NCBI RefSeq assembly: GCF_001194135.2
Contig: NC_068983.1
Location: forward strand, 160,033,213-160,097,212
From: Octopus bimaculoides
Taxonomy: Eukaryota
Length of the DNA stretch: 64,000 nucleotides
Direction of reading: 5' to 3'
Shown here one piece after another: positions 26,322 through 39,719 of this stretch. Under the pieces are notes generated by a model, which was not told the DNA's origin, made no database searches, and saw only the letters and a list, made by a program, of their open reading frames with translations. The position numbers and the translations under genes are program-made. Numbering within the stretch: position 1 is the first letter of the stretch; each line of letters opens with the position of its first letter.

Positions 26322-26545
26322 CATGGAGTCAATCTGCTGAAAGTTCCAGGCTTTCGGGGTATCACGAAAGGCCTGGTAGGAGGCCCAACCTTCCGAGTTC
26401 TTTGACAAGGCTTAGAAAAACTGATGGACTCTTGCAATCGTGTGTGAATCAGAGAGGGGAATATGTTAAATAAAATCATAATGAACTGATCCGCCTGTGT
26501 TTTCTTTTATCTAAATCCAGGAACTTTTCAGCATACCCTCATATA
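26322..26545. mobile_element. Mariner-family MITE (~220 bp)
   Basis: Imperfect TIRs: left TGCTGAAAGTTCCAGGCTTT (26335-26354), right AAATCCAGGAACTTTTCAGCATACCCTCATA (26513-26543). The TIR resembles that of the mariner at 8538. Confidence 0.65.
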
Positions 26546-29500
26546 TGAACACATGAAACACCCATGTCTCTGAAGTCAACAGAAAAGCTAATAACAAAGT
26601 ACAAAAAAAAACTTAGGCATTTAAAAATAAGGTAGTAAAGACTTTTCAAGACGTCGCAATGGAACAATGTTAGTGACCAGGCCGAAATAGTGTCATAAAA
26701 AATTTAACTGTTCTTAAGATAAGTTAAATTAAATTCAAAATAAAATTAACAACTTTGTGTGTTATCACATGGTTCTTTTCCGATGAAACTTTTCTCCACT
26801 AAGCGAATATAAATTTAGTTTATCAAGCAGAATAAAACAGAGAATATGTATTATCTATTAGATGGAACAAAATGAGTTATTAATACAAAAGTGTATGTAT
26901 TCCTATGCGTACATACGCTGCTGCTTTAACAGCAATACATTCATGCTCTCCACTGATGATTCTCTGCTATTAATTATTTCTCTCCCTATTAACGCTTTCT
27001 TGCGTTTTATACTCCCCATGCTACAATGTCTCAACAATAGCAGGTTTGTAGATTGTATTCCGTTAGTGTCTGCAATCGATTCTGTCGATTTCGTTTTGAC
27101 TGCTTGAGTGGAACTATATCTCAGTTTTCTCTAAGTACTAGTTAATTTTGTATGTTAGTATTCATAAATACATCAATTATGCGCCAACAGTAAATAGATA
27201 ACATCAGTGCCGCATAATCTGTCAATAAAATGAGTTTATAACCTCAGTAAATCAACTTGCAAAGTTTATACTTAGTGTACTTTGTATGAAATCGGATTTT
27301 AAAGTTACTAATTTTAAAAAGGTTTATCTGAATTTCAGCACAGCTTCTCTCATTAGCAAATCAAGCAAACGTCCAGTTGTTTAATATTCCTAAATACTTG
27401 TTTGTCAGTTTAAGGCAAAAAATTATTTTAGTCAACCACAGTCTACATCGATATATATATAAATAGAAAAACAGAGGAAACGAATTCTTCCACGAGTTGA
27501 TCATATGGGTATAGATATTACTTTCTTAGCGACAACATAGCTTATTTTATCAAGAGACAAATGTCTTCTTTTTTAACTTGGCATCATATATTTTAGATAA
27601 TGATAAATACAAAGTGGAGAGACTAACTGGTTAAGTTGATAGTTTGTCAGACTGCCGTTCAAAAGTTTGAGGTTTTGATCTCTTACCAGTAACACAATGA
27701 GGGAAGGGATACCAAAAATCTTAATTTTCAAAAAGCTTCACACTCAATTGAAAATAAGTATTATTTACAGATGCTGTAAGCAGTGGGAACACTATATACT
27801 TGACTAATACTTTGATAGCTTGGCGCGTTGATTTGAAAACTTCTAATGGTTATCACTATAAAAAGCTACAGAAAGAACTATGAAGTGAAAATTTTTAATT
27901 ATGATACAAACCCAAAATATGGATTCAGTTGTTTTTTTTAATGAGAATTATTAATTTTTTTCCAAATGCATTAAGAGGCACAATTGTAGAGAAGTAACTT
28001 TAACCTTTAATTGAAACTGGCTCATGTACTCAGCTAATGGAAGTATTGCCTCCGTTTTGATCACTCTGGCAATATTACTAAATATGCAGTACAATAAAAA
28101 TCCTAGCGACGTTATCTTTAAAATTCTGTAAGTTATTCATTGCCTTAAGTTTTCAATGTAACCGTTACACTGCTTCACTAAAACGTGTTCCATTATAATC
28201 ATGCTACACAACTAAACATCGCTGCGTAGTATTTCCCTAAAGCATCCCGCAGTTCTGTGGTTGATATATTGCATTCTATTGTTATACAATGTTCTTTAAT
28301 TGTCGTAGCCATAAAGCTGCCTGCGCACCTGCATTGTGACTTCCAGCTTTATAATATCGCACATTGCTTTATGGTAATCATCTTTTGTGCTTTGTTTTTC
28401 ATTGTGCTGTCTGGCGGTCAGTAAACGATAATCTTACCTAGTTTGTACTTAGACCAAATGTATCGCTATGACGATGAAATATTCTGTGTAATTGGAATCT
28501 GCGTTCAATGTAGTATTCTGTGTGTAATGATCAATACAAGAAATCTACTAGTAACTCACATTCTGTTTGTAGTCATACAACTCTGCTCTACACTTTTTAC
28601 GTACACATTTTTTAATGTTTTGATGAGCATGGATAGCTAATACTATGATCCTTGTCTTAAAGTATCATACTGTATTGAGATCAGTATATTACTTTCCCTT
28701 GTGTGTAGTTATCGCGTTATATAATGTTGTGGTCAGTAGATCGTTTGGATTAACACTTTGACGATAACATACTGATATTTCTACTCATTGTTTGAAGATA
28801 TTCTCAGTTATTGAATTACATATTTCTGAAGAATTTTGCGTCCACAAAATCTCTTTTACATCTTCAACAGTTTTTGATTAAAGCCAAATGTGAAAAATGA
28901 AAACCATTCAAGCATGGCTTTCCGTACATGAAATTCTATGTACAGTTCATTCATGCATACTCTTCGCTCCGTTTAATCAAATCCTCCATTTTCGTTAAAA
29001 CTAACATATCCTATCCATGTCCACTTGGCTTGAATTTAGGGAATCTTCTTAGTTTCGGAAATTCTCTGTTCATGCAAGAAAATATGAAGTATTTCTGGTT
29101 TTCTTTCTCAGTATTTAAATGATCCAGTAGAAATAGAAATATTTCGATAATAATGTCAAACTGGAGTACAATATCGATATGGTGGTGCTTCATCACAATA
29201 GTGTTGAAATACCCTTATATGCTAATATCAGCTTGGTGTGTTGCAAGACAAAGGCAGGACAAAGCTAGTCCTCATGAATTACTAGTAACTGAAATACTTT
29301 ACTTAATGAAACACTTAGAGACTCTATTTTTCCAAACCCACGTATGCTTATTCTCTTTTCTGTCTCGCTCTTCACTCTTCATACATGATGATCGTTATGA
29401 GTTTTCAAAAAAAAAAATCAATGCGAATTTCTTATATTTTGTTATATCTTTTCTTTGTTTTTCTCTTCCATTTACATTCCCTTTCATCATTACTTGCTAC

Positions 29501-30465
29501 TGCTCTCTTGGATATATTGGCTTCCACTTACTGAAACGAGAAAAAGAATCATACTAAATATTTTGGAGTAAACTTAATCTATGGAATTTTATGGAAAATA
29601 TGTAATTTACGAAACATTGGGTCATATTCTTGAAAAGAGTAGACTGGAAACCTAAAAAGAGTTTTCTGATAGCATTTTAAGTTCAATAACATAAACCAAG
29701 ACAAACTCTGTCTCGCTTGGGATAAACATTGAAAGGATTTTTCTTTAAATTCGCAAACTAGCTACATTAAACTTCTAATATCCTTTAATTAAATCACAAA
29801 TAAACAAGATCATTGGTGATATCCCAGCATAACTACGGACTGAAGTGCATAAAAGAATAAAGATGTATTTTATATTCACCAGGTGGTTTTTCAATATGAT
29901 ATTTTTCTATATGCGTACTTATCATAACAAAAAAGAAAACTGGCAAACATTCGTATAATATAAACAAAAATCATCGTATTTTAAGAGTAGCATTAATGAT
30001 TCATATTCCACTGATATTATTTTTGTAACGATATATTACGTGTCACGGTTTTGGAGTTTCATGTTTAATTATTGGGTACTAGCTTGAAAAAGGCCGTGGA
30101 ACCACGTACTAGACATTTTCAGAACGCTTCCACGCAACAATTAATTCATTATTTATCTACAATTTTCAAAAGAATATTTTATTAAATGAATATTACATTG
30201 GACGGTGGATTTTCAAAAAAAAAGAAAGAAAGAAAGAAAGAAAAAAACCCAAAAACAATAAAATAAATGTCAGCTTTTCTAATAATGTTGATTCGTAGAA
30301 ATGAAAATAAAAAGTAACCAATTCAAATAGAAAATATTTTGCCAATAAAGACGGCCAGGTTTGAAAGATACAGCCTCTTGTGTTTTACTTCCAGTTGGCG
30401 AGAGTATGTGTAAATGTGTGCTTATATATATGTGTGTGTGTATTGAGTGTCTGTCTGTCTGCAAC

Positions 30466-30506
<41 letters not shown>

Positions 30507-31759
30507 AATATTTTGTCCAAGAGTTGATTTTCTTGAACACATATGAAGATAAATAAGACTGCGTTTTATAATTCATCCGATATGAGATTTGTACCACAGT
30601 CAGCTATTTTGCTTGCAGTCAAATTTCGTCTTCTGAATAAAATTAGCGATTTTCACTTCGAATAAAAGAGTTCGGATACTGATTAAGGCTTTCTCTCAGG
30701 ATGCCTTGAAAATTTTGCTAAACATATAAACCTCGACAGACCACAGATCTAACTAGGAAAGGCTGGGGACTCCACATTTGAGGAGACATCACTCTATATA
30801 AACTATATGCATAAACTGTGTTAAGCACATAGGCTTCATTTCAATGTTTGGTATGTTCTATACAAGAAAACTGAATCAAATTGTGATGAAGCTAATTTAG
30901 GTAATGATCCTTGCAACGATTAACAACGAGTTTGAAGACACATCCGACGCTGGTGACCAAAATGCAGATTTTGCTGTTAGGAATGTGGTAATAATTATAT
31001 CGATCTATTGCAAACTGAACGTTGCAGTAGTCTCCTGTTGCAGTAAACTCTTCTGCTGAAAGACATTTTAGCTTTCACAGTATCATCAAAAACGGGAATA
31101 CATTTGTCGGTTCTTTTCGTAGGCCTTCAACAAAGAAATGAAGTATTTCAGTGTTCTTACAATTTCCATTGAAGCAGAGAAAACTTTTCAAAAATATTTT
31201 TCGGCAGAGCTCTTAGTTACAAAATTGCTACCAAGTTTCTGCAGCAATATCTGTTGTCTGAAGCAATGCTATTAATCTCTATATTATTTAGTATTCAAGA
31301 GTTCTTTTTTCTGTACAAATATATATGTTTTTAATGGAATAAACGTCAATGTTAATGATTCTTGTTATCTACTGTCAACACCTCTAAATCAGTAAATGAA
31401 GAAATTAAAAGACAGGGGAAAAAGTAAAGGTGGGATCTATTCTCATGAAATTCCTAGAAACCTGGAATTATTTTTTGTTCCATACTCGCGATTCCTGGAG
31501 AACGATGTGTTCCCGGGAAAATGAGAAGCTCTCGTACAAGAAAGGCTTTCTGGATGTATTTTACATCATAAATTTAACTCTATACCTGATAATGAGTACT
31601 CTTTCTTCCACTCGTTACCACTACAGGTATTATCCTTGCGTGTGTGTATGTGTGTGTGCGTGTGTGTTATCAGTGTATGAATGTATCTTAAAAACTACAT
31701 GCACACACACAGAAATACGCACACACGCTCATACATCTGCTTATATCGTTACCTACCTA

Positions 31760-31817
<58 letters not shown>

Positions 31818-33569
31818 CATATATATGCGTGTTTCTTTATATGTACAGACACACGTGCACACATACACACACGTATACACAGAGTGAGGGGAGGATAGAT
31901 AGATAGATAAATAGATAGATAGATAGATAGATATACATATACATATCTGCATATACATGTATGTGATTCGTATATTCACTTACATACTTTTTCAATTGAT
32001 TAAAAGGGTTAGATTTAATTTTTTTAATATTTTGTGGTTTAGTCCTCAACAATAACAACGAAGGAAAATCTCATTATGGAAAATTTTTACTGGAATTGTT
32101 AAATTTTTCCCAGTTCAGAATTCTTGAAGCATATCAAAAATATTCAATATAAAATTTGACTTGAAAAATCGAAAAAGTATATTCCTTCAGTTAAATTTAT
32201 TTGATGGTTTTCTTTCAGATGGTTGCATATATAATGGTAGAATGACTACTTCACATTGTCTTTCTTTCAGTACATACAGTTTGTTTTTAAATCTTCACGT
32301 TCTTCTCTTTTGTTGTTTACCACTTTTGTCTATTCTGGTGAAGAATTCACGTCTAATCCTCTTTGTTTCTAAATCCTCAGTTTTAAATAACTTGATACTA
32401 TTTTTGATCATGGTGTTGTTTTTCTATAATGAGATTTATTGTTAACCTGAGCAAAGTTCTTGGTGAAATTCACCTCATTGAGAAAACTATTTGAAAAAAT
32501 AAACAAGCTTTAAAAAAAAAATATTTGATTGTATCTGTTGTGGATTATACAGCGTTATCGAGAATATAATACAGTATTTAACAGAACGACTTCAGTTTAA
32601 ATTAAAGTCTGGATGAACTCAACCTTTACTTCCTTGTTGGATATTCAATACTGTATCAATTATGGAGTCCTACTTTGAAACTTATTCTGGGTTAATTGTG
32701 TTCCTCTTCATGTTATCAAATGAAACTTTTGCAATGTTTTATAATTGATAGTTGTCAATTAATTAGTCGATAGCTTTCAAGAATCACAGGTGCAGCTAAT
32801 TATCTTTAGGATAGCATGCTATTTATTACAGGTAATTTACCTAGAAAACTTCAATTTTGATAAACTTAAGCGAAATAGAGGAAAGCATTAAGTACCGAAA
32901 TAATTCTTTATAGGTTTAAGTTTGCATCTGCTGCAAATTTCCCTCTTTCTCTACACAATACATTCCACTTTATTTTAACTAGATGGAGTTAAAATGAATT
33001 TAATTGCCAATACGGTTATTAAAATATTTTGTTGTAATTTTAAAATCAACAAACACCAATCTATCATTTTAGAGTAATTTCACTCTCAATCACAATTCTA
33101 ATTACCTCCCTTGGTTGATCCCATTCAAAATAGATCGTCTGATTACCTTCGCTAAAATTTCTCAATCTATGTTTAAATCTTAGCAAATGTGTTTAGTTTC
33201 CTTTTAAGTGAAAGTTATTTGAATCGTCTTTCATTAAACATTTCTTATGAAAGAGATTTATTTCCTTTAACACTTTAGCTACCAAACACTTTGAACACGT
33301 TATACCCCATTTTCTTTGGTGTAGAACTCTGCATGTTGTTTGGAAGCTATGAGATCATAAATGCTGCTGATACTTTTTAAGTTGCTTGCATTTGTCTGGG
33401 CTGAGAGGTAACTGTTGTTTACCCCCAAAGTCTAACCTTGATTGAGTAGATCTATGATGTAAAATTATACCAACCATGACTATCATGTCTTCCTTCTATG
33501 CATAGTGTTGCCCGTGCTACATTATCCACAACATATGCCATCTTTTTAAAGGACTATAGAAATGATTAG

Positions 33570-34530
33570 AGTGGGGTTTATTTGCTATCTCTTAGCAGTT
33601 GAATTACCACGTAAAGATTCCTTTTTTGACCCCCGTCAAGGTTCCTCTTATGTGGAACGGGTGATATCTCACTGGTTAATAGTGAGAAGCGTGTTTTGGG
33701 ATGATGTAGTTATCGTTACTGTTGGAAATCAGTTTGGATGCTTTTATTTTTCATGTAATTGCACAAAATGTGAGGGGTGGAGTGTACTGCAATAATGCAC
33801 AAACTGTTATCCTGCATGTCCAGGTGGTCTTAATTTTAGTATTCTTGCCTCACTGTGTATGTGATCTGTCACAATCCTCTATATACAACCTGTCATGGTA
33901 CGATGAAGTGAGCTAGTTTGGGATTCTTCCAGTTTACTGCAATTTATTATGGAGAAGCTGAGGCCCAAGACGAACTAGCGTGACACATGATAGTATATTG
34001 CATGTACATCATTACAGTTGTTTCATTCTGTTAGCTAAATGTGATAAATGTGGGTCTTTTTAGTAAGGTTGTGCGCTATTTTGTTGTCCTTTCTATTAGC
34101 TGCGTTTTTATGTTGTTCAGTGTTATGGCTTGTTATATTTGATAATTTTAGCATGGATTGTAGAGGAATCAGTAGATTTCCTAGTTGCTTCGTTAAGCCA
34201 GCTTTGAAACCATGTTTGTAGATGTTTAGTTCAAGGTGAAAGTAGTTGCACAGCTATATCTGAAGATCAAGAGAGCCGTACGTGAGTGAGATGCTATCTG
34301 CATATATTTATGTATTTTCAGAAATTGGGAGGTCATGTGGATATAAAATGAATAGAGTGGGTGAGAGATCAATTTTTGTAATAAAATATTTGGAAAAAAT
34401 GCAAATATTGGAAGTTGTTTTATTTGTACCTTACTTGGGAGTTAGATTGCTCGATATAATTTGCTTCCGTTTCTCAAAGTAATAGCATTTTGTGTATGAG
34501 TGGGAGACAATCAAAAGCTCTTCTGATAGT
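33570..34530 (-). mobile_element. Decayed LINE RT, I/Jockey-group-like
   Basis: Minus-strand broken motifs RAFDCLP, PTLFILYPHDLP...YADS, ASSWA...KLEESQ..LHRTMTGC....DHIHSEARIL. Confidence 0.55.
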
Positions 34531-35176
34531 AGGTAGAACGGTGTGCATGTGATGCAATGTATGTGCGTGTATGCGTGTGTGTGTGTGAGAGAGAGTGTGT
34601 CTGTGTGAGAGAGAGATCGTGTACGTAAGAAGGTGCTATCAACAAGTTAGTTCAGATAGAAAAGACTTATGATCAGATCCGCTCCAGCATTTACGATCCC
34701 ATTTTTTGTACTTCTAGGACTTCATTATCTAATATATTCTTCCGTTTAAAAAAAAAATAGGTACACAGAGCGAACAGTCATGCTGGAGAAACCGTTAAGT
34801 ATACCTATGACTGGTTCAGGAATAGTTTGGTAGATGAGAGAAATGGTTTGAAGTAGTTTTTCCTTTGTTTTGTTTTAGAGATGAGGATGATGAGTTAGTG
34901 ATATTTAGGGTATGTCTTTCTAAAATGTTGAGGTATGCTTAATCGAAATGTAATAAGAAATTTCAGGTGTTCAGTGTTGTATAAATATTTTCCATAAACT
35001 TTTGCAGCGTGAACATAGCGGGTGTGATGATGTCCTTAGGCTGTCTTAAATTAATGACACACGCTCGCAGAAACAACCTGAAGGTACTAGTCTCTTACTT
35101 CCACGTCTGCAAAGTACTATGTGAGCAGTGTACAACAAAGTGCATAAGCTTAAATTTGGTCGACGAAGACTTATGT

Positions 35177-35541
35177 GTGTTGTTGTTGGCACGCTGTCGC
35201 TTACGACGTCGAGGGTTACAGTTGATCCGATCAACGGAACAGCCTGGTCGTGAAATTAACATGCAAGTGGCTGAGCATTCCACAGACATGTGTACCCTTA
35301 ACATAGTTCTCGGGGATATACAGTGTGACAAGGCTGACCCTTTGAATTACAGGCACAACAGAAACAGGAAGAAAGAGTGAGAAAAAGTTGTGGTGGAAGA
35401 GTACAGCAGGGTTCGCCACCATCCCCTGCCGGAGCCTCGGGGAGCTTTAAGTGTTTCCGCTCAATAAACACTCACAACGCCCGGTCTGGGAATCGAAACC
35501 GCGAGTCCGCTGCCCTAACCACTGGGCCATTGCGCCTCCAC
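35177..35541 (-). mobile_element. tRNA(Arg)-like SINE family B, full length with a 16-bp TSD
   Basis: Head GTGGAGGCGCAATGGCCCAGTGGTTAGGGCAGCGGACTCG and (CAA)n tail. Flanking direct repeats CGACGAAGACTTATGT (35161-35176) and CGAAGAAGACTTATGT (35542-35557). Resembles the octopus OR-type SINEs as I recall them. Confidence 0.92.
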
Positions 35542-36384
35542 CGAAGAAGACTTATGTACAGGTGTGTCTTTCCACAGACTCATCCTATCATACTTGTAGA
35601 AATGTTGAGTTTTGTTTGTCATATTAGCTCAGGACTGTGAAAGGGAGGATAACCCAGATGTCCATTTATCTCTGTTCACTTAATAATAGTTGTGACTAGT
35701 TTGGAAACGGAGAAAGAAAGAGAAAAGATCTGAAGCATGAAAGGGAGGAATAAAGTGAAACAGAGAGAAGATAAAATTAAATATAAGGAGCAAAAATATA
35801 AGAAAACAAGACTGATACATAGACAGATGGCCTGAAAGATATTGAGATGAATAGATTAACGGAAAGCTAGAGAGATAAATTAGATAGTTAGATAGGCAGG
35901 CAGGCAGGCAGGTAGGTAGGTAGGTAGGTAGGTAAGAAAATATAGATGGATAGAAACAAAGTCTAATTGAGGAACAAAATGTGTGTGATCTGAAGAATAT
36001 GGCATGAGAAGTGAAATGTGAAGAAATAATCGCTAAATTTAATGTCAGATGTATGAAGTGCAGTATCGGCATCCTTTTATTTATAATGTTCAAATGCCAA
36101 AGTGCTATTGTCAATCTATTGTACCTTCAAGGTGGTTTGGACTAAGATCTCAAGATTTATTTTTGTTTGTATTTTCATTTCCCGAATATTTCCTATTTTG
36201 AAGGAGGAACTAGATATCATATTGCCTCCAAGGCGTCAATATCATTTTCTCAGTAGCATCTAAATTACAGATTTTGCTACATGCCTTCTATAGTATAAAT
36301 TTTTCAGTATTTTCTATTCCACAGTATCACCAGAGGCCGACTCTTTCATGCATATACACATACATACATACATACAAATATATA

Positions 36385-36703
36385 TAAGGTTATCCTATAA
36401 ATAATGCGTTTTTTTTTCAATTGCATTGAACTAAAAGTTGGAGGGTGACGGGATAAACTACCTGTATCAACTTGCTATAAAAGCAGGTAGTAATTTTACC
36501 TTGTGAGGTTCGATTCTAGTAGTTATCTTTTCAAAGTTATAATGGAAGTGACAAAGGAGCATATTTGGCATATTTTGCTTTATGAGTTCAATAAAAGCAA
36601 TAATGCAACAGAAAATGCGAGGAATATTATTGAAGTATATGGGGGTAGGACAATAAGCGTAAGCCAGTGTCAACGGTGGTTCCTGAAATTCCGAGCCGGA
36701 AAC
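36385..36703 (+). mobile_element. Mariner transposon 5' end (TIR plus N-terminal HTH of transposase), running into an N gap
   Basis: TIR-like TAAGGTTATCCTATAAATAATGCG. ATG at 36542 gives MEVTKEHIWHILLYEFNKSNNATENARNIIEVYG...QRWFLKFRAGN, the mariner HTH pattern. Confidence 0.88.
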
Positions 36704-37519
36704 NNNNNNNNNNNNNNNNNNNNNNNNNNNNNNNNNNNNNNNNNNNNNNNNNNNNNNNNNNNNNNNNNNNNNNNNNNNNNNNNNNNNNNNNNNNNNNNNN
36801 NNNNNNNNNNNNNNNNNNNNNNNNNNNNNNNNNNNNNNNNNNNNNNNNNNNNNNNNNNNNNNNNNNNNNNNNNNNNNNNNNNNNNNNNNNNNNNNNNNNN
36901 NNNNNNNNNNNNNNNNNNNNNNNNNNNNNNNNNNNNNNNNNNNNNNNNNNNNNNNNNNNNNNNNNNNNNNNNNNNNNNNNNNNNNNNNNNNNNNNNNNNN
37001 NNNNNNNNNNNNNNNNNNNNNNNNNNNNNNNNNNNNNNNNNNNNNNNNNNNNNNNNNNNNNNNNNNNNNNNNNNNNNNNNNNNNNNNNNNNNNNNNNNNN
37101 NNNNNNNNNNNAGGGATGTGAGTTCGAGTTTCATAGCTGGCCGGTAACGTATTTTTCTGCAATGAATGGATAATTTATCCTGATCACGCTATTTATTAGC
37201 ATTATCACGTGTTTGAGAATAAAAAAAATTATTTCTCTATCTCTCAATACATCTCAACGCTTCTAAAACAAACTTTGTTTGTTTACTTTCATCGTAAGTT
37301 GAATTTGACGTTAGCGTCTTATCAAGCTAAGTTTATAAGTTCTAAAATTACAGAAGAATTCGCAAACAACAATGTCGGCATGCTTAGCTTACATTTGACA
37401 GAAGTTTTGATGGGAATATTCAACTAGTATTCCTTGAGTTGGTGTTTATGAATGTGTTCCATAACAGAGGGATTTTCTAAGTTTACTTTAGGACAGTTTT
37501 TTAGCGGATGGCATTGTAA

Positions 37520-38650
37520 ATTGTTTAGTAACAACAACGTGACGACATTTTAGGACAGCTGCTAAACACATGCGTAATGTCTTCCACAGAAACATGACAT
37601 AGTCTACACATGCTGTTGAGCCTTGGGATTACAAGTGCGTCACTGTCTCTCTTGTTCACCAGGTACTTTGAGGCAATCTTCAGTTCCTGGATTTCAAACA
37701 CATAGCCTTCAAAGTGTGATGTGATGTAATGATCTTGTGTCCAAGAGATGCTGCGCTTTGTGTCAATTCTACTATCTTCTTCAAGCTTCCGGGCAACATA
37801 CCATGCATGGTCTTTTTTCGTATGCTGAGTGCTTTCCATCCAGGTCTTCTCTGAAGTAAGAGAGCCCAGCTGTTTGGGGGCTGTACAGATCATCAAGAAG
37901 AGAGTGTTTCTTGAGGAGTTCACTGCCAACTCGTACAACGTTGCTCACTTCACTTTTCAAGACTGCATTAATATATTTATTTTTGCTGTTGTTGTTTAGA
38001 TGGTATTGCCTGAGTGATACCATACGACATTCGAAGGCCGTCAGCAATGATCTCAGGTCTCTACCACCTTCATTTCTTCTTAAGTAGAGCCTGCCAACAT
38101 CATTGTTTATGTGGAAGTTTCCAGTTGTTGTCAGGATTTCGCGGGTTTTGATATCTATGGAGTGGATTTCCTCTGCAGACCAATCAAGTATCCCAAATGT
38201 TGGGATCAGTACTGGTACTGCAAATGCATTGTGGGGAGAGTGCCTTCATATGATACATTTTCGCCTATGCCTAGGTACGTGTAACATTCTTTTGTGTGGA
38301 ATGGAGTAGATAGAGACCGTTGATACACAGGGATATTCCCTTTGTAATGCCTATACTATTAGAAACAATTATTTTGTTCTCTGTTGTAAGGGTAAGTTTA
38401 GTTGTCCATGTCTTTGTGAGTCTCTCTATGGCAGTAATTAAGGTAGTAGGTACCTTTGCCAGATGTAGGCATTTCAACAGCCATGAATGAGGGATAGAGT
38501 CGAATGCCTTCCTATAGTCAAGCCATACTGTCACAAGGTTTCTACGTTGTTTTCTTACTTCAGACAGTACAGTTTTGTTTATTAAAAGTTGTTCGCTACA
38601 TCCCCATACTCCTTTATCTCCACCAGCCTGTTCATCAGTCACAATGTTGT
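37520..38650 (-). mobile_element. R4/Dong-type LINE fragment, internally deleted
   Basis: EQAGGDKGVWGCSEQLLINK...WLDYRKAFDSIPHSWL (38271-38642), then the AF..P region and QDH..SHFEGYVF.IQE...CRLCHVSVEDITHVFSSCP (37525-37938). RT domains 4-7 are missing. Confidence 0.88.
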
Positions 38651-38669
38651 TCGACTCTCAATGGTCCCG

Positions 38670-38700
<31 letters not shown>

Positions 38701-39429
38701 CAGTCACTGAATAGAAAATGTACGCCATACTTGTGTCTACATATCTTTCTTAAGTCTAATTATGAAACGTTATTTCTCAGCTGGAGACCAATTCCCTCCC
38801 TATTGAAGAAATATTCAGAATATATAAGCAGAAAATAAATGTATAGCACAGTCCTATCAAATCACTCACTCACACAGACATAAGTATACTGGCCATTTAC
38901 TGCAGAGGTAGCTTAGTAATAATCGAAGTTTTTCAAGCGAGCGATGTTATTTAAATTAGATCCCCAAAGCCGCATTTACAGCTGATCCTCAATATTATGT
39001 TATTAATATCTATCTTGTGATGTAAATAGATGTGGCATGAGAGAAGAAAACAAGAAGGTAAAGAGGCAAGAAATATATACGAGTGTGATAACAGATATTA
39101 TTAGTTCAAAGTCCAATTAGTTATTTACATATTTCCGCTTATTAATTGACCGACCAACTGACGCTGTATCGTATTAGAATCATTTATATCTTACCCATGT
39201 CATATGCTCAACTAAAGCATGAATTTGATATTACTTTTCATCCATCAAATATTGCATTAATCAAAGTAGGTTCTCCGGTCATATCCTCAGGACTGGTAGC
39301 AGATACCATATTTAATCACGACTACTACTACTGCTGCTGCTGCTACTGCTGCTACCACCACCACCACCACCACTATTACTACTATTATAGCAAAATGTTC
39401 ATAATAATAATTCTTTCTAAGTTTAATAC

Positions 39430-39604
39430 AATTTTGAGCGCTGGAGAAGTGAATTACATCAACTCCAGTTTTCAACGGGTACTTATTTTATCAAATCCTA
39501 AAATATGAAATGTAAATTCGACCTGAGCAGAATTTGAACTCGGAACATAAAGAGCTGGAAGAAACGCCGCAATTTTCTCCGACGCTTAAACGACCTGCCA
39601 GTCC
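39430..39604 (-). mobile_element. SINE family A, diverged
   Basis: GTACTTATTTTATC...TTCGACCTGAGCAGAATTTGAACTCGGAAC...CTGCCAG is colinear with 7702-7919. Confidence 0.7.
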
Positions 39605-39719
39605 AGATTTATTTTATCGCTCACAAAGTCCCAAGGCGTTGGAGATAGCACGAGGGCGAAATGAAAGGGAAAATAACAAACAAGCTAGTGATTTACATCA
39701 GATAAGACGGCGGGCAAGG

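Noticed and set aside
28309-28332. miR-9-3p/miR-79-like start ATAAAGCTG
   Set aside because: No upstream 5p arm, and the fold has only short separated stems.
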